In this document: positions 1-9,007 of the stretch, in pieces | Numbering within the stretch: the stretch's first letter is position 1 | Layout of the letters: the number at the start of each line of letters is the position of its first letter | IMG/VR virus record: IMGVR_UViG_3300049573_000219 | Span: 1 to 64,000 of that record | From: a virus | Lineage: Duplodnaviria; Caudoviricetes | Strand: one strand, 5' to 3' | Length of the DNA: 64,000 bases | Translations under genes and position numbers: made by a program | The notes under the pieces: generated by a model | What the model was told of the DNA's origin: nothing | The model's input: the letters and a program-made list of their open reading frames with translations, nothing else | Databases searched by the model: none

Positions 1-1806
1 GGTCCGCTGGGCGCCCAGGAAGTTGACCAGCTCGAACACTGAGAGGAACAGGTCGGCGCCCGAGGCGTCAAGGTCGAGCGACGCGCCGGACTGCCGGAAG
101 CGGTACGCCTTGGCATCCTCCTGGCCCACCAGGAAGTCGGTGTTGATGAAGGCGAGAAGACCTGCGCCGAGCCGCTTCAGGAAGGAATCCATCGGATCGG
201 AGCCGGAGCCCCACTGCATCTCACCGCTGATCAGGCGGCGCCACTGGTCGAAGGTGTTGACGGTCGTCTGCGACGACTGGGCGATGTCGGAGTCGGCCAG
301 CATCTCGGAAGCGACCTGACCCGTGAAGGTGGCACCCGTGAGCTGGGCGTAGCCGCTCAGGTCGACGGAGGCGCCGCCGCTGGCGCCCGAGCCGAACTTG
401 CCGACCCGGATGAGACGTGCCTGAGTCGGGTCGGAGAGGTTCGTCGCACTCCGCTTGACGGCCAGCATGTAGAGCAGGATGCCGTTGCCGACGAGGTCGG
501 GGTTGGCGACGAAGTTCTCGGTGACGGCGGCCGAAACCGCGTTGTCGAGCGAGGTGTAGGTGGTCTGGCCGTACTGGAGGAAGTGGATCTCCGCGCCGTC
601 GTTGGTGGGGAGGATCCACAGCCGGTGCACGACGCTGCGCCCCGCACCGCCCCCGATCAGCGTGAGCACACCGTTGTTGTCGTAGTGGGTGACGTCGACC
701 GTCGCGGTTCCGATCGGGTCGTAGACGTCGGTGTTGCGCAGGATGTGAACCCAGGTGGCCGGGGTCTCGCCGATGGTGGTCACGATGTGTGGGTTGTGCG
801 TCTGAACGGGACCGTCGTAGAGATTCCAGCCGCGCGAGAATACCTGCCCGCCGGATTGGTTCAGGAAGAGGTTCGCACCGTTCGGCGTGACCGCATTGCC
901 CGAGATGTTGAAGGCACCGATCGAATCCATCAGGTCGTAGAGCTGGTTGACCGGCTGCCGGGCGACCGTCGGGAGGGTCTGCACCAGGAAGATCGAACCG
1001 TTGTGCTGGCCGACCATACCGAGCACGAGGAACGCCCTGCGCTCTTCCGGGCTGGGCCGGTCGGCCTGCTGGTAGACGTTGAGGTCGGCGTCCATCAGGA
1101 ACCAGGTGATGGTGCGCGTCTGCGCCACCGAATCCAGCTCGACCGTGATGACGCTGGTCGTCTCGACCGGCGTGACGACGGGGGGCTCCACGCTGTAGTC
1201 GACGATCTTCCCCTTCAGCGGGTTGATGTCGACGGCCAGCGGGTTGAGCGGGTTGGGGTCCATCGAGCCGCCGGTCGCCACGCCGGAGTCCATGCCTCCG
1301 CTCAGGCCGGGCTCACCCTGCGGACCCTCCAACGAGGCGAGCCACTGGGCCTCCGTTCCGACGAAACCGTTCGCGACGGCCACCTCGTAGGCCGACAGCC
1401 CTTCCGGTCCGGCGGGCCCGTCTCCACCCGGAACGGGGACGTAGTCGATGCCGCAGATGTCGACGGAGAGGATGTCGGTGATGTCGAGCGATCCGGCCCC
1501 TTCTGGAACCTCGAAGACGCCTTCGCTCCAGGCCCCTCCGACGAACTGCCGCAGGCGCCACAGGCGGCCGGTCTCGGGAAGGACGTCAGCGGCGTCGGTG
1601 CACACGACCGTCTCGGAGAAGGTGCCGTTGACGTCGAGATTCACCCGGCCGCCGCCGAGCAGAATCTGGTTTCCGCCCTTGTCGGTCCAGCGCTCGGGAA
1701 CCGGCTCGAAGATGACGTAGTTCTCGCCGTTCGTTCCGTCGTACGGTTCGCCCGTCACCGGGTTCACGTAGGTACCGGTGACGGTACGTTCCGTGGGCAG
1801 AGCCAT
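1..1806 (-). CDS. Tail fibre / minor tail-like virion protein (5' part; runs off left edge)
   Basis: ATG at 1806 after GGAGG; open to base 1 (absent from the ORF track because truncated). MALPTERTVTGTYVNPV..., with GPAGPEGLSAYEVAVANGFVGTEAQWLASLEGPQG, a collagen-flanked motif typical of phage tail fibre proteins. Confidence 0.7.
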   Translation of the reverse strand, partial: MALPTERTVTGTYVNPVTGEPYDGTNGENYVIFEPVPERWTDKGGNQILLGGGRVNLDVNGTFSETVVCTDAADVLPETGRLWRLRQFVGGAWSEGVFEVPEGAGSLDITDILSVDICGIDYVPVPGGDGPAGPEGLSAYEVAVANGFVGTEAQWLASLEGPQGEPGLSGGMDSGVATGGSMDPNPLNPLAVDINPLKGKIVDYSVEPPVVTPVETTSVITVELDSVAQTRTITWFLMDADLNVYQQADRPSPEERRAFLVLGMVGQHNGSIFLVQTLPTVARQPVNQLYDLMDSIGAFNISGNAVTPNGANLFLNQSGGQVFSRGWNLYDGPVQTHNPHIVTTIGETPATWVHILRNTDVYDPIGTATVDVTHYDNNGVLTLIGGGAGRSVVHRLWILPTNDGAEIHFLQYGQTTYTSLDNAVSAAVTENFVANPDLVGNGILLYMLAVKRSATNLSDPTQARLIRVGKFGSGASGGASVDLSGYAQLTGATFTGQVASEMLADSDIAQSSQTTVNTFDQWRRLISGEMQWGSGSDPMDSFLKRLGAGLLAFINTDFLVGQEDAKAYRFRQSGASLDLDASGADLFLSVFELVNFLGAQRT

Positions 1807-1994
1807 GCGAGCCTCCTCCGGGTGCTGAGAGCAGCGTAGACGGAGGTCAGGCCGGATGGGACAACGGAAAGCAGAACGCCCCGCCTTGCGGTCACCATGC
1901 GCCTTGTCGGCTGGCTCCTACGGCGGGGCGTCCCTCGGATGGAACTTGCTCCGGTGTGATCCTACCGCTCACGCGATCTGATCGCGAGCTTCTG

Positions 1995-3098
1995 TCACAG
2001 CTTGACGAGCAGCTTCGTGTTCTTCTTCAGCTTCCGGTTGTAGCTGCCCGACATCACGAAGACCTTCAGGTCCGGGTTGAACCCGGCCTTCACCGAGAGG
2101 GTGCCGTTGGTGCGCCCGTCCGGGCCGAACAGCAGCTCGCGGGCCTCGTCGCCGCCGTAGACCTTCCGGGTCTTCCGGTCGTAGACCAGGACGTCCTTGT
2201 TGGACTGGACGGAGACGCGGGCGCCCAGCTCGTAGTAGGCGGAGCGCGGGCGGTAGGGCTTCTCCGTGTGCTTCTCGACGAAGTCGCGGATCTCCATGCC
2301 GTCCTCGGCCGTCTCCACGTCGTAGATCTCGTAGGTGCCACGGCTGAGCGGCTTCAGGACGGCCTTCACCGTGGAGATGTCGATGTCCTGGCCGACGGCG
2401 AAGAGGTTCTTGGTGCCCCGGACTCCGGACTCACGGCCCCGCAGGAAGCTCGTGGCCGCCGCCTTGACGGTGCCGATGGCCTCCTCGACACCCTTGGTGG
2501 TGTCGGCGTCCCAGACGGCGATGTTGCCCGCCGGGAAGCCGTAGGACTGAGCGGTGCGCTTGGCCAGCGAGCTGGGCACGAGGATCGCGGAGGTCCAGTG
2601 CTCGGGCAGGCCGCCCATCACGGACTGGATCTTGCGCAGCCAGTGGTCGAGCTGGGAGCGGTTGACGACCCGGCCGTACTGGGTGTGCATGTTGCCGTAC
2701 TCGCGGTAGCCCGACGCGTTCTCCTCGCCGTCGGTCCACACCACCTGGAGGAAGGAGTGCTCGCCGTACTTCTCGGAGACCTCGCTCTTGAGGTCTTCCA
2801 GCGAGAGCACCGACGCCTCGATGAGCGAGGTGGCCCCGTTGACGACCCGGTAGACGCCGCGCATGGACGGCAGCGCCTTCACGTCCATGTCCCAGACCAG
2901 GCACTCCACGTTGTGGTCGAAGGCGTAGAGGGAGATGCGGGTCTCGTGGCCGAGCGCGTCGGACTCCTCCTTGAGGCCCTTCACGAACTCGTCCACGACG
3001 CGGATGACGGTGGACTCGTGGCGGCTCATCGAGCCGGACTTGTCGATCACCAGGGCGACGTGATTCACGAGGTGCTTCTTGAGGATTTCGGTGGTCAT
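1995..3098 (-). CDS. von Willebrand factor A (vWA) domain protein
   Basis: HVALVIDKSGSM MIDAS motif, GATSL, VVWTDGEEN. Confidence 0.85.
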   Translation of the reverse strand: MTTEILKKHLVNHVALVIDKSGSMSRHESTVIRVVDEFVKGLKEESDALGHETRISLYAFDHNVECLVWDMDVKALPSMRGVYRVVNGATSLIEASVLSLEDLKSEVSEKYGEHSFLQVVWTDGEENASGYREYGNMHTQYGRVVNRSQLDHWLRKIQSVMGGLPEHWTSAILVPSSLAKRTAQSYGFPAGNIAVWDADTTKGVEEAIGTVKAAATSFLRGRESGVRGTKNLFAVGQDIDISTVKAVLKPLSRGTYEIYDVETAEDGMEIRDFVEKHTEKPYRPRSAYYELGARVSVQSNKDVLVYDRKTRKVYGGDEARELLFGPDGRTNGTLSVKAGFNPDLKVFVMSGSYNRKLKKNTKLLVKL

Positions 3099-4030
3099 TT
3101 CTCTTCTCTCTTTTCGTTCTCGTCCTTGAGGATTTTTGCTACGCGTTCTCGTGTTGCCTTGTTCTTGTCGAAGGTCTCGGAGTATCCACCCATCCAGCCC
3201 ATATCCTCTGGGCGTAGAAAAGGTGACAGGGAAAACTCTTCCCTTAGTCTTCGAAGAACCCTCTGTTCAGTCTTGAAGGCGACTTCACCCGTATCGAAGA
3301 CGACTAGGTGAATCACCTCCCAGCCAACTCTTTCGAACTTGGCTATTCTATCCGAACTTTGGCCAGTCACGCCAACCTTGACGGCTCCTAGTGTCTCGTG
3401 TTCGAGGACGTAGAGCGTCGCAGGACTTCCGAACCTGAAGCCGTTCTTGGCGCAATGAAAGCATCCTTGACGTCCATCTTGGATGTCGCTAAGGCGTTTC
3501 CTGGTTTCCTTTCCGCAAGTCAGGTGAATGCAGGCCCACGGGCTACCGTTACCTGGATAGATCTCCACGGGCTCGAAGCCCGCACTTCGAAGAATTTTGG
3601 TAGCTTCTTCGTGTGACCTTCTTGAGGCGAAGCCGCGCTTTTTTACGGAGCAGGAAGGGCAACCTTGGCCGCGAGATTTTCTGTCTGCCAGCACAACCTG
3701 CATGCGTTTCCCGCATGCCAGACATTCGACCATCCACTTCTCGTGGGCCCCCGGATACGCTTCGAGCGGCATGAGGCCAACAGCCGCAAGATCCCTGCTG
3801 GCCTGTTCGTGCGTTTTCGTTAAAGTCTTCGAAACTTGACGATATCCACACGGCTTGCAGCCGCCCTGACCCTTCCTGATGTCGTTGTAACGCGGCGATG
3901 TGGGTCTGCCGCATCGATCGCAGATGCACAACCATGGGTGCTGAGTGCCGGGGAAGTCACCGACCGGTATCAGTCCAGCAGTGATCATCACCGCTTCGGC
4001 ATCCTCCGCCTTCACCCTGGGCGCACCCAC
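3095..4030 (-). CDS. Putative free-standing homing endonuclease (zinc-ribbon repeats + GIY-YIG-like C-terminus)
   Basis: Three CxxCG...GCxxC repeats, then LYVLEH..AVKVGVT...RI..F...GW; visibly lower GC than flanks. Confidence 0.65.
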   Translation of the reverse strand: MGAPRVKAEDAEAVMITAGLIPVGDFPGTQHPWLCICDRCGRPTSPRYNDIRKGQGGCKPCGYRQVSKTLTKTHEQASRDLAAVGLMPLEAYPGAHEKWMVECLACGKRMQVVLADRKSRGQGCPSCSVKKRGFASRRSHEEATKILRSAGFEPVEIYPGNGSPWACIHLTCGKETRKRLSDIQDGRQGCFHCAKNGFRFGSPATLYVLEHETLGAVKVGVTGQSSDRIAKFERVGWEVIHLVVFDTGEVAFKTEQRVLRRLREEFSLSPFLRPEDMGWMGGYSETFDKNKATRERVAKILKDENEKREEK

Positions 4031-4155
4031 GTTCTTCTCCTTGATCCTGTGTGTTTCGTGCTCGTTCTCGTGTCTTGTTCTTGCGTGGTTCCCACGATAT
4101 AGGGTGGGTCTGACAATGCACTCTGACCTGCGGTGATACGGAAGATGGGACCAGC

Positions 4156-4782
4156 GTGAAGCGACTGCGCGTCTACGCCTGGAGGGGCGGCGTCGAGAAC
4201 TTCGGGGACGAGCTGGGCCCGGTCGTCCTGCGGCGTCTCGGCCATGAGGTCGAGCGCGTGGAGCACATTCATGAAGCAGACCTGCTTGCGGCCGGTTCCC
4301 TGCTGGAGAACGCCGCAGAGAACGCCCGGGACGGCACGGTGATCTGGGGCTCCGGACTGCTGTACGGAGAGGCGGTCGACCTCTCGCGGCTGGACGTGCG
4401 AGCCGTAAGGGGTCGGCTGACCGCTCGGGCGGCCGGGCTGGATGTCGCCACCGGGGATCCGGGTTCCCTGGTGGGAATGCTCTGGAAGAGGCCGCCCGTG
4501 AGGCGTTCGGTGGGGGTCCTGCGGCACTACGCGGACGATCGTGAGTATCCGTGGGCGGACTGCGTGATGGACGCAGACAGCCCGGTGGAGTCGGTGATCG
4601 ACTTCATCGGGTCGTGCGAGCGCCTGGCCTCGTCGAGCCTGCACGGCGTGATCGTCGCGGCCTCGTGGGGAATTCCGGCTGTGAGGCTGCATCACGAGGC
4701 GGTTGCCGGAGGCGACTTCAAGTGGGCGGACTGGCTCTCCGGGGCCGGAGATCCGGAGAGCCTGCTGACCGCGCTGGAGTGA
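4156..4782 (+). CDS. Polysaccharide pyruvyltransferase family protein (ExoV-like)
   Basis: NFGDEL, IWGSG, AVRG, GDPG, SSSLHGVIVAASWGIP, FKWADW motifs. Confidence 0.85.
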   Translation: MKRLRVYAWRGGVENFGDELGPVVLRRLGHEVERVEHIHEADLLAAGSLLENAAENARDGTVIWGSGLLYGEAVDLSRLDVRAVRGRLTARAAGLDVATGDPGSLVGMLWKRPPVRRSVGVLRHYADDREYPWADCVMDADSPVESVIDFIGSCERLASSSLHGVIVAASWGIPAVRLHHEAVAGGDFKWADWLSGAGDPESLLTALE

Positions 4783-5505
4783 TCAGGCCCAGTAGACGTA
4801 GAGCACCGGGCGGAGCTGGAGCCACACGTCGGGCCCGTTGAACAGGTTCAGCCACGAGATCACGTGGAGAACGTCGGAGGGGACGATGGGCGCGATGTGC
4901 TGCCGTGCCTGCTCGGAGTCCTCGAAGCCGAGGTTGCGGGCCAGATGGTCGGCCGCCTTCAGGCGCATCTCGTTCTTGGGCTCGTCCTCGTCCATGGCGT
5001 CGATCAGGCGGTCGATCATCCGCTTGGCCGTCGAGTCCAGACGGCGCCCGTCACGGCTGTCCATGTACAGCCCCTCGAAGGGGTAGATGCCGTACGGCAG
5101 GGGCACCGTGCGGAAGTACTCGCCAGGGTAGAGCGCGTTCTCCTCGTTCTGGTCGATGGCGTCGCCGTAGCGGGTCCAGTGGCTGTACCCCACCGGCTGG
5201 ATGAGGAGAGTGCCACGCAGGCCCGCCTCGCTCTCGCGGGTGACCGGCCAGGGGAGGGTCTTCTCCTTCTCCTGGGCGGCCTCGACCATCGCGATGGTCA
5301 TCGACAGCTCGAACCACTCGTCGGAGTTCTCGTGCTCGGCGTCGCGGAGTGCCTTCAGGTACTCCAGGTACTGCGGTCCGACCCCGTCGGGGCGGTGCGT
5401 GAGGGCGCTGGCGTTGATCCTGGGGTCGGTGAGCGCACCGGTCTGCTGGTTGTACTCCAGGTCACTCAGGGCCCATCCCAGCTTCTTGTAGAGGCGGATT
5501 CCCAT
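4783..5505 (-). CDS. Hypothetical protein
   Basis: 240 aa, GGAGG RBS, high-GC3 coding pattern. Confidence 0.75.
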   Translation of the reverse strand: MGIRLYKKLGWALSDLEYNQQTGALTDPRINASALTHRPDGVGPQYLEYLKALRDAEHENSDEWFELSMTIAMVEAAQEKEKTLPWPVTRESEAGLRGTLLIQPVGYSHWTRYGDAIDQNEENALYPGEYFRTVPLPYGIYPFEGLYMDSRDGRRLDSTAKRMIDRLIDAMDEDEPKNEMRLKAADHLARNLGFEDSEQARQHIAPIVPSDVLHVISWLNLFNGPDVWLQLRPVLYVYWA

Positions 5506-5528
5506 GGTGAATTCCTCCGGATGCGACG

Positions 5529-5557
5529 GCAGGCCCCGGGCGGGAGCCGGGGCCTGC
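5529..5557. terminator. GC-rich hairpin, probable terminator
   Basis: GCAGGCCCCGG/CCGGGGCCTGC inverted repeat between genes. Confidence 0.5.
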
Positions 5558-5570
5558 GGGGTGGGCGGGG

Positions 5571-5858
5571 TCAGAACAGGGAGTCCTGTTCGACGGTGAC
5601 GGTCTGGCCGTCGATGACGATCTCGCGCTCAGCGATCTTGATGTAGCGCGCGATCTCGCGCGGCTGCCCGGACTCGGTGTGCACCTCCAGGTAGTTGCCG
5701 CGCTTCAGGTGCTCGAAGCCCTGACAGCCGTCGCTCCAGGCGATGATGAGGTGCCTCTCGCGGCCGTCGGCCATGAGGGTGGCGCGCACACGGAACACGC
5801 CGGGCGAATCCTCTTCGGGACGCGAGGCCGAAGTGATCGTCCCCTTCAGTATGTTCAC
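5571..5858 (-). CDS. Hypothetical protein
   Basis: GTG start after GGAAAGGG. Confidence 0.65.
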   Translation of the reverse strand: MNILKGTITSASRPEEDSPGVFRVRATLMADGRERHLIIAWSDGCQGFEHLKRGNYLEVHTESGQPREIARYIKIAEREIVIDGQTVTVEQDSLF

Positions 5859-5886
5859 GAATTCCCTTTCCGTTTCATTCTGCCGA

Positions 5887-6132
5887 TCACTGCCCGGACG
5901 ACTCGCGGAACACCTCACGAACCTGTTCCGCCAGTTCGCTCTCCTGGACGATCTTGTCGATATAGGGCTCGGTGTCCTCGCGATAGAGGTACACGGCCGT
6001 ACTGATCATGCCGTCCATGGTGGTGCGAAAGTCCTTCACGGCATCGATGGCCTCCCCGTACGTCTCCTCGGAGACCTCCAGGACGTGCGCCTTCCCGGTG
6101 AGGATGCGCCAGGCGAGCCTGATCTTGTGCAT
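5887..6132 (-). CDS. Hypothetical protein
   Basis: ATG after GGAAAGGGG; TAGACT -10-like box upstream. Confidence 0.65.
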   Translation of the reverse strand: MHKIRLAWRILTGKAHVLEVSEETYGEAIDAVKDFRTTMDGMISTAVYLYREDTEPYIDKIVQESELAEQVREVFRESSGQ

Positions 6133-6217
6133 GATGTCCCCTTTCCGACCCGGCCAGTCTACCACTGGAAGTCCAACATAACCAGCCTGGGCCGGAGTTG
6201 GGGACGTGGAGCACGGT

Positions 6218-6796
6218 TCAGTAGACCGGCTGCTCCTGCGGGTTGCCCACGTCGATGGCCCGCTCGGGGCCGCAGGCGTTGTACAGGGCGGCTACCGCCG
6301 GGCCTGCCTCGTCGGCCTCGCCCGGGTAGGCGGCGCCCTGGGGACGCATCTTCCGGCGCCGGGCCGCGTACAGCTCGGCCAGGAAGGAGCCGCCCCCGAC
6401 AGCCGCCAGATCGGCGTAGGCCCCCTCCAGCTCGGGCAGCGTCTGCGGAGTGATCTGCTCGACGTCGCTGCCGCCCCAGAAGAAGACGTCCGAGACGTTG
6501 GCGAACACCTTCACCTCTCCGTCGTCGACCCGCCAGAACAGGTCCCCGTAGGCGTCGGCGTGCGACAGGGAGAACAGCTCCAGAACGCGCGTGAGGAACG
6601 GAGCGGGGCCCCGCTGCCCGGCGTCCGGGGCGTTGTGCGCCCGGGAGACGTAGCGCAGCACCTGACTGATGGCGGACCGGGTGGAGTGGTCGACCACCGA
6701 GCCGACACGTACGGGCCCTTCGGTTTCGTCGAGGTGCCGGGCGGCGAGCACGGTCATCTCGCTGGGTGCCTCGATCTCGATGCGCCGCGTGCTCAC
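6218..6796 (-). CDS. Hypothetical protein
   Basis: GTG overlapping upstream stop, AAGGAGG RBS. Confidence 0.7.
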   Translation of the reverse strand: MSTRRIEIEAPSEMTVLAARHLDETEGPVRVGSVVDHSTRSAISQVLRYVSRAHNAPDAGQRGPAPFLTRVLELFSLSHADAYGDLFWRVDDGEVKVFANVSDVFFWGGSDVEQITPQTLPELEGAYADLAAVGGGSFLAELYAARRRKMRPQGAAYPGEADEAGPAVAALYNACGPERAIDVGNPQEQPVY

Positions 6797-7152
6797 GTGT
6801 CCTCCTTGTCGTTGCGGTGGATGACGGCATGGGCGACTTCCCGGGCGATGGCCCACGCCTCGCCGCCGGAGAACCGAAACGGCTCACCGCGCCGCGCCAG
6901 TTCGGCCGAGTTCGGCCCGAGCCGGATGCTGACCCGGCGAAGGGCGGGTTCGATGAGACCGGCGAGCTGTTCCAGGTCGTAGACGTCGAAGCCGATCGAG
7001 TTGTGCCCGTCGGTGTCGCGGAAGACCTTCGACATGCTGACGGTCGGCTCCGGCTTGACGCCGAACTCGCACTCCCCCCAGATGCGGGTGTGCTCGGCCG
7101 CCTTCCGGCAGGCGCGGGTGCAGCCGTCGAAGTCGGTGTCGGAGAGGGTCAC
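6793..7152 (-). CDS. Hypothetical protein
   Basis: Coupled ORF in leftward run. Confidence 0.65.
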   Translation of the reverse strand: MTLSDTDFDGCTRACRKAAEHTRIWGECEFGVKPEPTVSMSKVFRDTDGHNSIGFDVYDLEQLAGLIEPALRRVSIRLGPNSAELARRGEPFRFSGGEAWAIAREVAHAVIHRNDKEDT

Positions 7153-7403
7153 TTCTCCTCCTGGTGGCGCCGCCAGGGCGGCGTCGGGCTGTCCTTGGTG
7201 GGGACGAAGCGCTCATCGGGGTCGAGGTCGGCGTGGTAGGAGACGCCGAGCAGGGCGCCCGCGTGCGAACGGTACTCGACGTCCTTGCCGGGGCAGCCCG
7301 AGCAGATCATCCGGAAGCCGGTGTTCTCCTCCATGTCGCCGACGGCGTAGACGGTCTCCCCGTCCAGCGTGGTGCGGATCTTGCTGATGCGCTCGACGGC
7401 CAT
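7149..7403 (-). CDS. Hypothetical protein
   Basis: Coupled ORF. Confidence 0.6.
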   Translation of the reverse strand: MAVERISKIRTTLDGETVYAVGDMEENTGFRMICSGCPGKDVEYRSHAGALLGVSYHADLDPDERFVPTKDSPTPPWRRHQEEK

Positions 7404-7672
7404 CAGATCAGCACCACCCTGTCGGACGTGCCGGTGACGTAGCGGACCAGGCCGCGTTCGATCAGCTCGTCGAGGTCGGCCTGCGGCATGCTCATGGAGA
7501 TGACCTTCTGCGAGGTGCAGGCCAGGGCGGTGAGGTGAACCAGGGAGCGCAGGGCCGCGTCGCTCACCTTCCAGTACGAGGCGGCCATCACGAGCCGGTC
7601 GACGGTCGCCGTGGTGCCTTCCTCGGGGTCGCTGAAGTCGGCTGCGAGGATCGCCGTAACGGGCTGACGCAT
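7403..7672 (-). CDS. Hypothetical protein
   Basis: ATG after AAGGAG. Confidence 0.6.
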   Translation of the reverse strand: MRQPVTAILAADFSDPEEGTTATVDRLVMAASYWKVSDAALRSLVHLTALACTSQKVISMSMPQADLDELIERGLVRYVTGTSDRVVLI

Positions 7673-7784
7673 GATGTTCTTCTCCTTCCGGATGGCCGCT
7701 CTCTTCTGTCGGCCACTGGTGAAATCGTCGCAGGAAAGCACGAGCCGTAGTGTCCAGGATTGGACACTACGGCCGTGGCGAAGG

Positions 7785-7979
7785 TCACACCTTGGCGGCC
7801 AGCGCGGGGTTGTGGAAGACCCTGCCGCCGTCCTCGTAGCTGGCCCAAGGCTGGTTGTAGGAGTGCCCCAGGTTCGACCGGCAGGTGTACCTCGCGTTCG
7901 GCCGCAGCGGCTTCATCCGCAGCCGGACCCGGCAGTTGCACACCAGAGTGACGACCACCGGTTCGTCGATCCGGCTCAC
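7785..7979 (-). CDS. Small Cys-containing hypothetical protein
   Basis: GTGA overlap with upstream stop, GGAGG RBS. Confidence 0.55.
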   Translation of the reverse strand: MSRIDEPVVVTLVCNCRVRLRMKPLRPNARYTCRSNLGHSYNQPWASYEDGGRVFHNPALAAKV

Positions 7980-8431
7980 TTCACGACCTCCAGCTTCAGC
8001 ACCGGCATGACCGGAAGGGCGACCGGGGCGCCGCAGGCGATGGCCTCGGTGATCTGGTTGTACTCGGCGATGCCCGGGAAACCGAGCCAGACGCACCCGT
8101 TGTCCTGGGCCTGCCTGCGCCAGCCGGGCGCCGTGGCGCCCCAGTCGGCACTGAAGCGCATCCCCATGAAGGAGTCGCCGATGCCCTGCACCGTCAGCAG
8201 GACGCCGCTGGGTCCGATCTGGCAGTCGCCGACGTCCCCGGCGTCCCACGGAGGGGACACCTCCAGGTCGACCGAGGGCGCCTGGTGCAGACCCAGGACG
8301 CGCCCCAGGCCGAACCGCACCTCCGGGTCGTCGGAGGCCATGAGGACGATCGCGGCGCTGCGCCCGTCGTCGTATATCCGCAGGGCGTTCATCGTGTGAG
8401 CCTGCTGGCTGTTCTGCATCCTGATCCTCAC
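7976..8431 (-). CDS. Hypothetical protein
   Basis: 151 aa ORF with RBS. Confidence 0.65.
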   Translation of the reverse strand: MRIRMQNSQQAHTMNALRIYDDGRSAAIVLMASDDPEVRFGLGRVLGLHQAPSVDLEVSPPWDAGDVGDCQIGPSGVLLTVQGIGDSFMGMRFSADWGATAPGWRRQAQDNGCVWLGFPGIAEYNQITEAIACGAPVALPVMPVLKLEVVK

Positions 8432-8470
8432 GTGTCTTCTCTCTTCCCTGTGGGCCGCTCGTGCGGCCCG

Positions 8471-9007
8471 TTATCCGCCGAGCTGCCTGTCGACGTCCCG
8501 GGCGATCTCCACCAGCTCGCCGTACAGGTAGCAGGTGAAGTCGTCACAGGTCTTGCGGTTGTGGTCCTGTATCAGCTCGGGATAGTCCCTGCCCGTGACG
8601 GCGATGTACTCCAGCGCGCGGGCCAGGTGGCGCACCGCCTGCGGCCCGAGCAGTGAGGCCATGTCACCGGCCGCCCCGCCCATGCCGTTGACCATGCCGT
8701 CACGGTAGGCGGTCTCATCCGCGTAGCAGGCGTAGTACTCGTCGTCGCGGATCTCTCGGGCGACCCGGTCGGCGCGCTCGGAGAGCGCCTGCGAGGAACG
8801 CAGCGCGGCCCCGGCGTTCTCCGTGGCGTTGTTCTCGAAAACCGCCTCGTGGTGATCGGTCTCATGGATGAAGACCTCGGTGTGCAGCTCGGCCACGTCG
8901 ATGGTCCGGCGGCCGAAGTCCTTCACGATGAAGCGGGTGCCGCCCGCGCCGCAGGTGCGGCACAGGAGCAGCGGGCCCGCCACCTCGTAGCGCTCCAGGT
9001 CAGCCAT
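8471..9007 (-). CDS. Hypothetical protein (N-terminal CxxC)
   Basis: MADLERYEV..., AAGGAG RBS. Confidence 0.65.
   Translation of the reverse strand: MADLERYEVAGPLLLCRTCGAGGTRFIVKDFGRRTIDVAELHTEVFIHETDHHEAVFENNATENAGAALRSSQALSERADRVAREIRDDEYYACYADETAYRDGMVNGMGGAAGDMASLLGPQAVRHLARALEYIAVTGRDYPELIQDHNRKTCDDFTCYLYGELVEIARDVDRQLGG

Noticed and set aside
583-3311. Long plus-strand ORFs 583-1839 and 1956-3311 (and similar ones such as 16298-18010, 20039-21640, 43048-44235)
   Set aside because: Antisense shadows of real genes, expected in high-GC DNA; no motifs or RBS
6146-6161. TAGACTGGCCGGGTCG as a motif-B site
   Set aside because: One base short of the 12-bp palindrome; similarity mostly due to the -10 hexamer
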